Below, piece after piece: positions 1-11,008 of a stretch of DNA of 64,000 nucleotides. The position numbers and the translations under genes were made by a program. How positions within the stretch are numbered: position 1 is the first letter of the stretch; the number at the start of each line of letters is the position of its first letter. Origin of the DNA: Balanoglossus misakiensis (lineage: Eukaryota > Animalia > Hemichordata); assembly GCA_040954595.2 (NCBI GenBank), contig CM082582.2, forward strand, positions 62,001 to 126,000, given 5' to 3'. Under the pieces are notes generated by a model that saw only the letters and a list, made by a program, of their open reading frames with translations, did no database searches and was not told the DNA's origin.

Positions 1-727
1 ATGGTTCTCCTCGATCTCTCCTCTGTGTTTGATACCATAGATCACGACACAATCATCTCAAGGTTATCAAAACTGGGCATCACCAACATCGCACTACAAT
101 GGTTCTCATCATATCTTAAGAACAGACAGCAGTTTGTATGGCACAATGTCAGAACCTCAATATCTACAATATGGAGTACCACACGGTTCAGTGCTTGGCC
201 CACTTTTGTTCTGCAGCTATTTGTCACCACAACATCAATTTTCACCAATATGCCGATGACAACCAACTATACCAATATTTCTTCCAGTTAGACACCATAA
301 GTACATTAGACAAGATGGAAAGGGCAGTTCACGAAATAAAAACCTGGATGACACATAATAAACTTCAACTCAATGGTGGCAAACCCGAGGTACTCCTGAT
401 AAGGTCTCAGTTCAACCGCTCGCCTCGTCCCATAAACCACATGAGCATTGGATCATGTTGTGTTCAAATTGTGAATTCTGCACGGAATATAGGTGTGACA
501 TTCGACGACAATTACACTTTCAATAAGCACATTAATGCAATTTGCAAGTCAATTTTCTTCCATCTGCGTCAAATCAGCCACATTCGCCGTTACCTCACTA
601 AGGAAGTTTGCCAGATGCTGGTTCATGCTCTAATCACATCAAAACTGGACTACTGCAATGCAATACTCTGTGGTTTACCATCATCATGCATTCAACCGCT
701 ACAGCATGCCCTGAATTCTGCAGCCAC
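1..727 (+). mobile_element. L2-clade non-LTR retrotransposon RT, C-terminal part (decayed, 3' truncated)
   Basis: [27 protein letters not shown] at 249-260, [26 protein letters not shown]; frameshifts plus a private 23-bp deletion at ~219. Confidence 0.92.
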
Positions 728-1243
728 CATGGCCTCCTTCACAAAAACCTCACCAGACCCCATAATGCCTCCATCTCTTACACCACACCATATACCCACC
801 ACAAATCCTAGCCATCACCCAACCTATCATAGCCCAAACAATCCAAACCCAATCAAAATTGACCCTAGCCCCACTTATCAAGCCATCAATGCTCAACGGC
901 AACCCAAATAACACTTAACTTAAAGATTGGCATAAATCCAAACTCATACCACTGCCACCCCAAATATACTACACAAAGACTCAATCACGAACCAATACCT
1001 ACCATTTGTAGCAAATACACGACCAAAGATTTGATCCCATCTATCATCCATATATCATCAGAAAGTTGGGACGATGAGCAATGGGGCAGAGACTGATCAT
1101 CAAAAATTTGAGACAGGGAATTCCAACAAATGAGATCATTAAGTTAAATATGCAAAGCAAATCAGAAAAGAGAATCAGAAGATTTTCTCCGAAGGACACC
1201 TTGCAAATTCATGATTGGAAAGACACTGCAGTCACATGTATAT

Positions 1244-2425
1244 TGTAGTGTCCAAACACTAGCGAGCATCTATACTTTATACATTCTGTAAAATGACGTA
1301 ATGCAACATTCGGGTCATTATGAATAAAGTGCGTGAATGAGGCTAGGCACTCTCACTCTTACATGCCGGACTTGGTGTCTCATGTTGTCATTATTGCCCA
1401 CCCACGATTCTATATTTGGCGACGAGGACGGAGAACATGGAGAATCAGCTAGCCGTCAATGCCGAGTTTTCCTGTTCATTCAGACCGGACAACCACCAGT
1501 ACGAGATGGAAAAAGTACATGGTTAGAGTAGAAAACGCATTTGTCGCATTCAACATTACAGATGACAAGCGACAACGTGCACTGCTATTGCACTGGGCAG
1601 GTGAGGAAGTTTCCGACTTCTTTGATACTCTACCAGATACAGGAACGAGCTGTGAAACAGCCAAATTAAAGCTTACGTCGTACTTCTCACCCAAACGGAA
1701 CATTGAATACGAACGATTCATCTTCAGAGACACCATACAAAACAACGGCGAATCGATTGATGCCTATCACACTTGTTTGCAACGCCTAGCAGAAACATAT
1801 GTGACTTCACCAATAAGGATCAAGAGGTCAAATCACAAATCATACGAGGATTCACATCAGCCCGTCTCAGACGTCGTGCTCTTTGGGAGGAGACGACACT
1901 AGAGAATCTACTGAGTACAGCCCGTTCATTTGAGGTATCAGAGGTTCAGGCTAGTGGGATTGAGGAGAAACCCCATAATAATGGTGCAGACACGGCATCT
2001 GTGAATGCGGTCAGAAAACAGCGCCATCAACGCCCGAAACCCAATAAACAAAAGAGAGCTCATCAGCAGCCAGCGAAAGGACCGTCCACTTGTTATTATT
2101 GTGGTGGCACCTATCCACATGACTCAGTATGTCCAGCTAAAGGCAAGTCATGCAGGAAGTGTGGCAAACCTAACCATTTTGCCAAATGCTACCGATCAAA
2201 AGGCAAGGCAAATAGGGTAGACAAGGATGAAACTGTCAAAGCTGTGCATAAAGTGGAAGACAGCTCGGGAGATGAATACTGCTTCACTCTACAACAATCA
2301 AATGGTAGGAGGCCTCGAGTAACAGTGCAGATAGAACAAACAGCAGTTGCCTCACTGATCGACCCTGGTTCTACAATAAACATGATGAGTGTAAACACAT
2401 ACAACAACCTAAAGAACAAACCCAT
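1244..2425 (+). mobile_element. Truncated Ty3/Gypsy LTR retrotransposon: ~170-bp 5' LTR, PBS, gag with double CCHC knuckle, start of protease
   Basis: TGTAG...CTATA LTR candidate 1244-1414 with AATAAA at 1323; gag motifs RWKKY, RALLLHWAGEEV, YFSPKRNIEYERFIF; CYYCGGTYPHDSVCPAKGKSCRKCGKPNHFAKC; degenerate protease LIDPGS; frameshifted; no RT/IN. Confidence 0.9.
1417..1428 (+). promoter_or_regulatory. Primer-binding site TGGCGACGAGGA, complementary to the 3' end of tRNA-Ser(GCU)
   Basis: 2 nt downstream of the LTR end; matches the reverse complement of ...UCCUCGUCGCCA. Confidence 0.8.
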
Positions 2426-3954
2426 GTGGCAAACAGAAAGCCCGTTTTACCACTGCCAGCAGTGCATTATTGAGTATTTTAGCATCGCTGGATTTAGCTC
2501 TCGTCCAATCAGAATTGCGGACGGTAGCATGATATAATATAATTGAGAATAAATCTCACGACAAGTGTACAGTTTGACAATGTACACAGATAATCCGTTT
2601 CAACAATGTTTCCTTTGTAGTGTGAATAAAACTGCACACTTTACAAGTTTTCAACTTCAAAACACTATGGCTATTGCAGAGACAAAGCTGCTAATATACA
2701 GTGTATACCCGTCATTTTTGTTTGTGGTGAGATTTTCATTGGCACAGTTGCACAGAGCTCACACAAGAGGAAATTACACTTTCTGTTGAATTCACTGCAT
2801 CCTGCTAACTTTAAGTCATATATCCAGTGAAACATTAAGTTATAGAATTTTCCATCGCAGTATTCTGTTTTATATACATGTATAGCAGTCCCACACATAT
2901 TGATTAATTTGACAAAAGAAACTGACTGACAATTTTCACAGCGCTCCCAGTATAGCATCCTTGGCAGGTGCACGTCAATGCCACACGCGAGGTTAGGGTT
3001 GGCAAGTGCTGCCATTTTGACATGGGTTGTTAGCACTGATCAATTCCTACGCATGACAGAAAAATGAAGAATTAGGCTATGGGCCGGACCTGCCTATCGT
3101 TTCAAAATGCACTCTGTATATTAGGGTCTATTTCTTTTACATAAAAACAAGTCTTCTTGCTCTAATATGATAAAAGAAAAAAACTTCAACTTAAATATTG
3201 CGTCCTCAGAGGTAATATCGAGCCCTAAAAATCAGGTATGCTAATGCGGTTAAAGATCGTGCAGTTCTCCTTATAACAAGCGATCTTATTGGTGGTTACG
3301 TGACTGCACCAATCACAGAATGCGTTATGTCACTCAGCAATTACACACACAGGGCAAACTATCAGGCAGCTACATGTATACTAGTATACATGTTACAGAA
3401 GATTAAACAGAATTGTTGGTAAGGAAAGTTTGAGCAGACTAGTCCATTCAATGTAAAAAATGGTGCTGATTCCAAAAAAGTCAGTCTTATTGACCCCTTT
3501 CAAGACAAAATTGCCATTTTTGCCACTTTTAACCCAAAAGGTCATTTAAAAAACACTCAAAACACACTGTTTTCATCACATTCGGAGATCTGATGACATT
3601 TGAGGATTATGCGGAAACAGTGACACACCAGAATAAAAATTACAGGTGACATTTGCAAGCAGATATGATCTGACCATATAGAAATATGGAATGTAAAAAC
3701 ATTAACAAGGAACATGCCCAATAAACTGTCATGTGTCATGGCAGTCTTACAAGTGGTGCTAGAAAAAAAAATGACCAAAAATTGTCTGTACAAACACATA
3801 TGCGAAGCAACTTCTTTCAGTCAGCCCTGGAACAGACACACACTGACCTGCCACTGGTAATTAAAATTTGATAGCTGGTGGTCTCTGTAACAGCTGGCCT
3901 ATTTAAGTTATGTAAACATGTCTTTGTTCGAGGTAACAACTCCTTGTAAATAGT

Positions 3955-4973
3955 AACTTTAAAAACAACTGGACAATTTGTTTAGGAGAAGATTTGCTAA
4001 CCAAAAACTAAGAAACTTACCAAAAAAACTCGCTAAATATTTAATCTTTCTGATCTCAGAACTGAATAAAAGTTGCACATATACAGGTATGTGTTATGAA
4101 ATTATATCCTAAATTTCAAAGCAATCAGAGAAAAAACTAATTTCAAAGCAATCCAACAAGCAGTTTCACAGAAAATATTTGTTCAAAAGTGGCAAAAACA
4201 CAAATATGCAAATATCACCAAAATTGTACAATATCTTACTTCAATCACTACAAGGAACATGCTGCCTAAGTTCAATGCAATAGGACAAGCGGTTTCAGAG
4301 AAAACAATTTTTGACAAAAATTGCAAAAGTTTCCCCGATAACACATTTATGCAAATATCTTTTTTTTTACAACATATTATTTAGGTTACCCCTACGAACA
4401 TGCCTACCAAATTGGAAAGCAATCTGGCATGAGGTTTTAAAGAAAAACATTTTTTGACCAAAAATGGCAAATATTGCTCAAAATTATAGATATGCAAATT
4501 TTGCAACAATTTGAACAAAACTATGGTTACTTAGACAACATTAGGAGGCTTCATACTAAATTTCAAAGACTTTTTACCAATAACATGGAAAAATACAAAA
4601 AAATGCAAAAAAAATAGGAAATCGATAATATTAGCTCAAAACATACAGGATTGTATGAGGTTGATATAAGGTACATGCATACCAATTTTCAAATCAATAT
4701 GACCAGTGGTTGTCCAGTTTTTGAGTTTTGACCAATTTCACATTTTCCCAGCTAATTTGCATATTTTTGGCAATGACATCTTCATTTGAACAAACTCCCA
4801 TCTACAGCCCTGCCTGCATCTACACGCCAAATATCGAGGTCATACGCGCTGCGGTTTTCAAGTTTTCGATGTGGACGGACATACAGACATACATCCATCC
4901 ATCCATCCATCCATACATACAGACGTAACCAATCCCATAAGGTCCCATGGTACATACCAATGGGACCTAAAAA
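3955..4973 (-). mobile_element. Non-autonomous Helentron-associated (HINE/DINE-1/pearl-like) element
   Basis: Terminal hairpin AGGTCCCATGGTACATACCAATGGGACCT (4940-4968) next to an A/T run; adjacent ACAG/ATCC/ATAC microsatellite; degenerate AT-rich core repeats (TTTGACCAAAAATGGCAAA, TATGCAAAT, AAATTTCAAAGCAATC); left boundary approximate. Confidence 0.6.
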
Positions 4974-4985
4974 CTTGTGACTTAC

Positions 4986-5108
4986 ATGTAACACATGTTT
5001 GCCCAGTGTAGCAGGTTGGACAGTTGCAGGTGTAGATTGAGCAGGAGCCTTGAAGTGGCTGATACACTCCGTTATTCAGACATGGGTTTAGAAGACACTG
5101 GTTGATCG
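4986..5108 (-). pseudogene. EGF-like exon k (123 nt, phase 1-1; Cys3->Tyr)
   Basis: ttag|...|gtaagt; INQCLLNPCLNNGVYQPLQGSCSIYTCNCPTCYTGQTCVT. Confidence 0.88.
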
Positions 5109-5305
5109 CTAAGGGTGAGAGAAATGAAAAGTATCACATTAGGGTCTTACACACTTGAGTGGGAAGTGAAATCTGTAGCAGACTGTCAGAAGATTGCACA
5201 TCCGTGTGATCATGTTCATGTGTGAAGGATAATGAAGACCACTTGATCCAAGCTTGGTGCTACCATCTTTATCATAATTACAGCATCTTATAATATTTAC
5301 TAGTT

Positions 5306-5332
5306 GGGGGTGGGGTGGGGTGGGGGTGGGGG
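5306..5332 (+). repeat. G-run tract (five G4-5 runs with 1-nt T loops), potential G-quadruplex
   Basis: GGGGGTGGGGTGGGGTGGGGGTGGGGG; same in all four copies. Confidence 0.6.
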
Positions 5333-5556
5333 TAGTTGATGTCATAACTTTCTGATGTTTCAATTTACGGTTGGAAAAATAGCAACATCTACTCTGATGA
5401 GCATTTGAGTCAATGAAAGTATACATCATGGCTACGGTAGTGCATATAAGTCTCTTGGTTAGCTGCACAATCACAGGCAACTTTATTGAGACAATATCAA
5501 TGACAAAGCCCAGCGATTTCTACTTTGTGCGGCAAATCTGACACTGGTTTGCTTAC

Positions 5557-5673
5557 GTTCAGCGCACGTGGTTCCGATGAAACAGCGCGAACTCTGGCAT
5601 CTGAACTCGGTGCAGGACACTTGCTGGCAGAATCCACTGTTTAGACAAGGGTTGGGCTGACACGGATTCAAAT
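5557..5673 (-). pseudogene. EGF-like exon j (117 nt, phase 1-1; one Cys->Ser)
   Basis: acag|...|gtaagc; LNPCQPNPCLNSGFCQQVSCTEFRCQSSRCFIGTTCAE. Confidence 0.88.
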
Positions 5674-6057
5674 CTGTGCACAGAAGAGAAAGTGATATAA
5701 ATTGTGTACAGTTAATATTTACTACATATACTTTAAACAGATTTGTGCAGTCAGGGTTGAGTGGTAAAAATCTCAGTTGGTCAACAGAACATCACTGTGA
5801 CAAATTTCTTCCATGTTCAACAAAAGAAACGTAATGAAATTTTGACACAGGTGTAATAGTGTCTTAGTGTACCATACGGTGCAGGTTGTTGTTTGGTCAA
5901 ATACACAATCCCCTTTTATGGCACACACATTCTTAATAAATTTCCCCAAAATTGTGTCGTTATTCACTGTTTGATACAGGTTGGAAGAAACCAACTGCAA
6001 GCCGATTATGTGTTATGTTATTATGTTCCTCTTCATCTGAAATTTAAAATCACTCAC

Positions 6058-6180
6058 ATGTCTGACATAAATCGCCGGAGTAACAGCTTGTACAGGAGCA
6101 TGTGAATTCAGTACACCAATTGGGCGTCAGCACACAGTTTCCACCATTCTGACACTGGATGGGTTGACACTGGTTGACAG
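6058..6180 (-). pseudogene. EGF-like exon i (123 nt, intact, 8 Cys)
   Basis: acag|...|gtgagt; VNQCQPIQCQNGGNCVLTPNWCTEFTCSCTSCYSGDLCQT (not in the ORF track). Confidence 0.88.
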
Positions 6181-6475
6181 CTGTGGGATGTGCAGTCAAG
6201 ATATTGTCAAAATTACAGAATCTACAAACTACACTCCACAGTCATGTACATGTATACATGACAACAACCAAAGGGCTGTTTTGAAAAACCAAATGCTGTG
6301 AAATCCTTTAGAGTGTGACAAGAAACCACAGTTGCAACCGAAAACAAAAATAGTGATAACATTAAGCTAGCCCAAAGTTTGAGTTACCAGGGCTTTAATA
6401 TGTGTACCGTACTTATATTATATAATACATAACAAGTGTTTTGCATTGAATAAAATAATATTGGTTTGTACTTAC

Positions 6476-6595
6476 GCATTGTACATGTGGCACCAGTGAA
6501 GCATTCGGTACACATACAGTCAAACAGGAAACAGCCGTCTCGCGCAACGCATGTGCCACCATTTTGACAAGGCATAGAGTATAACTGATCAATGG
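6476..6595 (-). pseudogene. EGF-like exon h (120 nt; Cys1->Leu)
   Basis: gcag|...|gtaagt; IDQLYSMPCQNGGTCVARDGCFLFDCMCTECFTGATCTM. Confidence 0.88.
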
Positions 6596-6988
6596 CTGCC
6601 AAAACAAAAATGAAAGTATCAATTACCTGCTTGTCAAAAACTTGTACATGTACTTGTGATGTTCATTTCGTTTAAATATGTGAGCAATGTCTTCATTCCT
6701 TGTTTCAAACCTGTACATTTAAAATAACATAATGATGCTATTGCTAGGATTTTTCTGTAAGAATCTTGAAAAATTAAAAAATGTGCCGTCAACATGATAC
6801 AGAAGGCTTTCCTTTTTAACGTGCACCTCACACTCAATTTTGACCCTACATCAGCAAATTTTGAAAGGATGAAACTTAGTAATGCTTCCACCCCATTTAT
6901 TGGTGTATGGGTCCATCTATCACATTGAGAATACCAAAAATGAGGGTTTATATACCACGCTGTGTCATAAAACAGTAATTCGACACAC

Positions 6989-7111
6989 CTACGGCACAGA
7001 TGGCCCCAGTCCAACACTACTGGCAGTAACAGGTGTAGTCAGTATAAGAATTTGGTGTTTGGGAACAATAGCCTCCATTTTGACACGGATTCTGATCACA
7101 TGGGTTAATGA
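6989..7111 (-). pseudogene. EGF-like exon g (123 nt; in-frame TAG)
   Basis: atag|...|gtgtgt; INPCDQNPCQNGGYCSQTPNSYTDYTCYCQ*CWTGAICAV. Confidence 0.85.
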
Positions 7112-7282
7112 CTATCAGAAAAAAAATAGTTTAAAAAACATGAAATGCAGATGGCTACACCTCAACCAAAGATGATTCCTGCACCACAACAAAATCCTTT
7201 GACACAAGCATTATACTGGAACCATACCCAGAACACGCATTAAGTATATGATGAAGGGACAATGTCTCTATTTTGGGTAATA

Positions 7283-7425
7283 CAGTAAAACCTGTCTTTA
7301 TGGACACCTCTCTAATCAGAACACCTAGTAAGATTGATTTTTCAAGCCAAATAGTAAGGATAATTAAGGACGTCTCTTTTACTTAATACTCAGATGTGTG
7401 CACCACCTTAGGAGAGATTACCTCA
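7283..7425. mobile_element. Possible decayed pogo/Tigger-like MITE
   Basis: TA|CAGTAAAACCTGTC...GGACACCTCTC left end; right end too degenerate to confirm. Confidence 0.35.
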
Positions 7426-7675
7426 TATGCACAATTATCTCTACAGACACTAGTCTTCAAGAGGCAACTCTTGTATATTTGAGTGATGAAAACATCCAGC
7501 TTCGTACACTTCCTCACAAGTTCGTGCCTATCCTAAATTGCACGGACATACAAATGAAATTTCTGTTTTCTTTTCTCTTGTGGAAATTTTAGAAATGAGA
7601 AGTTACCACACAATTCAATTGCCATGAAGAGAAAGTGCCCAAAAGATTGTCATTTACGGTACGTCAGAAACTTAC

Positions 7676-7798
7676 ATATTTCACAACGGTTACCCTCATA
7701 GCAACCAGTACAGGCACAGGTATATGCCGTGCAGGAGTTGGCCACTGCATTACATACAGCCCCGTTGAGACAGCTGTTTCGCTGGCATGGATCTTGGA
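7676..7798 (-). pseudogene. EGF-like exon f (123 nt, intact, 8 Cys)
   Basis: gcag|...|gtaagt; QDPCQRNSCLNGAVCNAVANSCTAYTCACTGCYEGNRCEI. Confidence 0.88.
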
Positions 7799-8190
7799 CT
7801 GCAATAAAAAGTGCAACCTAATGTTATCTCAGCAATATTTACTTTCAAAATCTGTTTGATAAAAACATCATCATTACCATTACTGTAAATACTGAACGGA
7901 ACTTCACTTCCAAAAACAACTTGCTCATTCTGGGACGCACTTGTGGGGCTATGAAAATCTCTGTATATGTATCTTGTGTAGGGAAAATTTTCATGAACGA
8001 TCAACATTTTTTTCTTCAAATAAACATGTTTTCTTTCAGTTGTACATCATTTTTGAGGTGAACGATTCCCAAGGCCCAAGGTGTGATGCTGAAGATGAAA
8101 ATATAAAGTATGACCAACAGACAATGTATTGAGACATGATTGTAAATGTTAGTTCCTGCATGACAAAATGTTTGTTTTAATGAGTTTTAC

Positions 8191-8307
8191 ACTGGCTGCA
8201 GTGTGTGCCGGTGAAACATCCTGGACAAGTACACTCATAAGTTGTACACGACAGCCGAGTACACTGCCCATTGTTCAGGCATGGACTTGGCCTACATGGA
8301 GTTTGTT
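8191..8307 (-). pseudogene. EGF-like exon e (117 nt; intact in copies 1 and 3, 1-nt deletion in copy 2)
   Basis: acag|...|gtaaaa; QTPCRPSPCLNNGQCTRLSCTTYECTCPGCFTGTHCSQ. Confidence 0.87.
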
Positions 8308-8622
8308 CTGTTTCAATGGAATGAAAATAAATAAATAGTAGTGACATAAGTTTTTAGGGTATGACCATTTCCTTAATTCCTACAGCTGTGGTTCTATCGG
8401 GTTCTCCTATAACTAAGCCTCCTTAATGTATAACTGAACAATAAGAATTACTTATTATACTTTTGGGAGTTTAGGACTTAGTAATTGCAAAAAAGACTCA
8501 ATTCCTGAAAGTGCCTATTTGGTTTGTCACATCCTAAATATACAGGTAATTTCATAGCTGCCAGCTATGACAAATATACCGGTATGAGGGGGGAAAAACA
8601 GTTCCTCGTCTGATAAATTTAC

Positions 8623-8745
8623 CTTGGTCACAGGTGATTCCAATGATACAGCCTTGACAGCGACAGGTAAACGCACTGCACGATCCACTGATTGGCTCAC
8701 AGATACCGTTGTTCATGCACGGATTGGGAGAACATTGATCGAGTC
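8623..8745 (-). pseudogene. EGF-like exon d (123 nt; intact in copies 1 and 3, two Cys lost in copy 2, deleted in copy 4)
   Basis: ccag|...|gtaaat; LDQCSPNPCMNNGICEPISGSCSAFTCRCQGCIIGITCDQ. Confidence 0.88.
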
Positions 8746-9235
8746 CTGGGGGTTGCATGTAAATCAACCAACAATTGCACATTAACATCACAAGTCATTT
8801 CACTATTTTTTCATTCCAAACTTAAAAGATTGCTTGTAACTTGCTGAACAAATATTCATATGGACAGACTATTCTAGCTTGGAACAGGCAAAATCAAGGG
8901 TGCCCTGACGCCCAACTTTTAAGAGCAGTTCATTTACTGAAACTGCCAGCACCCAATATTATCCCACATGTAATCAATATGTGGAAATCAAATACATCTG
9001 TAACAGTTTTAATTTACCATGTGGGTATTTGCATGGAGGGCCATAGTATTTGTTACCTACTGATAAAATACCCTTCAAAACAATATCCTCATTTCTTCAG
9101 AAGTTTGGCAACAAGACCAATAAAGTTTCACATCAAAATTTACAATGTATAAATAAGCTTAAAAGATTTACGGAATGAAGATGGCTTGTTTGTTTGCAGG
9201 GTGTCTTGAAAGTATATACTCACTTGTTTGATCAT

Positions 9236-10115
9236 GGACCCTAGAGAAAGAAGGACGCGCAACTCCAGTTTTTTCTTGAAATGATGTTCTTTTGCATACA
9301 TTATTTCCAGATAAATCCCAATAATCCAATTTGCAAATAAACTGTGTATAAACTAACGCAAAGTCTCGTGTTTTGTGTGAAGTTATCACAACACCTCAGA
9401 ACATCTCGCAGAAGACGAGAAAACTGCAACGTGGTTGAACGCAGCGATTATTTATGGAACACATCTGGACAAGTTAAACAGGAATTTGAATCTGAGTCTG
9501 ACAGCGTCCAAAACAAGCATCTTTTGTCTAACAGTCCGGGTATTTCACAAGGCTGTGAGCTAACCGTACCGAGGGTTGCCTGGCGGCCATAGCGCACACA
9601 TGATAATCCACCCAGTTTGTTTACAAATTGTTTTCGTGAAATCTGTTTTATTGTTCACGCACTGCGAAATAAAATGCCCCTAAACCACAATTTTTATTTC
9701 AATGCTTCACGCAAACATAACATTATTACGAAAAGTGTCAGCGTTACTAAGAAATATGAGTGCCCAGTCGGACATGCAAAAAACATGGATGATTTGTTTA
9801 CAATTTTTAAATGAAGCTTGTGGCACTAGAAATGACCGTTCAACCGACAGACGAACACCAAACCATAATAATTAGCACAGACATCGTAATACTTTTAGAA
9901 TTTTAGAAAAAAACGCAGTGGCTGCTGAAATGCAGTAGTGCCAGTTTGGTGGCAAGTTTTCGTATCACTGGTGGGGTCGACACGTGCCGAAGTAAGGAAG
10001 TCATTGTCCGACTGTCCTGGGAGTTAATTATATACAACAAAAACATCATCATACAGATAATCCCCAAACCCTTTGATCTTTGCCGCAGTTGCTCGCCCTT
10101 CTTTCTCTAGGGTCT
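9236..10115. mobile_element. 880-bp non-autonomous TIR element with AT flanks (ISL2EU/Harbinger-group-like), inserted at the 3' end of EGF exon c
   Basis: AT|GGACCCTAGAGAAAGAAGGACGCGCAACT ... AGTTGCTCGCCCTTCTTTCTCTAGGGTCT|AT (~29-bp imperfect TIR). Confidence 0.75.
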
Positions 10116-10117
10116 AT

Positions 10118-10186
10118 GGTTTGACAGATGTCACCTGTGTAAGAGTTCACACACTGGCATGAATAGAAATTGCACGATGTTTGCTG
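10118..10186 (-). pseudogene. EGF-like exon c remnant (5' part lost in a 151-bp deletion private to copy 1; donor displaced to ~9223 by the MITE)
   Basis: QQTSCNFYSCQCVNSYTGDICQT; fuller version QNPCDPNPCMNGGFCQQTSC... at 26928-27043. Confidence 0.82.
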
Positions 10187-10614
10187 TGCCTACAACTTAT
10201 ATTAGGCTGGTATCAAGTTGTTCACACCTCCATAGATCACATGGCAGTGACTGTGAGGCAAGGGCTTCCTTTCATGAAATCAAAGACCTGTGTACTGGAG
10301 GAGGGTTCCTTGCAAATGCTTGACTTGACTTCAAGCACACCTGTAGACTCATATGTAAATTTACACTATCTGGCCTGGAGTGAGAATTTCCATAGTGGAT
10401 GTGTGTTGACAAAAGGCAGTAAAATTGGCCAGTCGCGCATAATGTTTCTTGAACCAAGACAATCAAGACATTATGCGCCACGAAAGTGATTTTGATTGGA
10501 AAGAGTGTAATCTTGCATTCGATGTCAAGAACTCTCCAAGCTCTGCTGTGGTGATGGCTACACCTATGCTCAGGAAACATGCAGTATTTGAATGAGACTG
10601 CGCTGTATACTTAC

Positions 10615-10737
10615 ATATCTCACACCTATCACCTTTGTAGCAACCAGTACATATGCAGGTGAGATCAAAGCAGGAATTTCGAGCCGGTTGACAGAAGCCA
10701 CCATTCTGGCACGGATTTGGTTGACACTGGTTGAGTC
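10615..10737 (-). pseudogene. EGF-like exon b (123 nt, intact, 8 Cys)
   Basis: gcag|...|gtaagt; LNQCQPNPCQNGGFCQPARNSCFDLTCICTGCYKGDRCEI. Confidence 0.9.
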
Positions 10738-11008
10738 CTGCAAGGAAAAGGGTCAAATTTTCCATGATCATCAGGGGTGAGTTTCCTTCAAAAATTGTGA
10801 TGTGACAAACCGACAAATTAGCATATTAGCATAATCAGAATAAATAAAAAAAATGCACAGGTAGTTTAAAAGAACAACAACTTTCGAAACGGAATAGAGC
10901 TAAGCTGCTATCCCTTTCTATTTTTGTGTTTGTACAACATCAGTGAAGTTTAAATCATAATAAAAAAATGATAATTATCATTATTAACTGCTACAGATTC
11001 AAACTTAC

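Noticed and set aside
2426-3950. Possible additional TE remnants or exons after the Gypsy truncation
   Set aside because: Repeat-like motifs are present (CCAATCAGAATTGCG, CCAATCACAGAATGCG) but no paired termini, TSD or exon could be established
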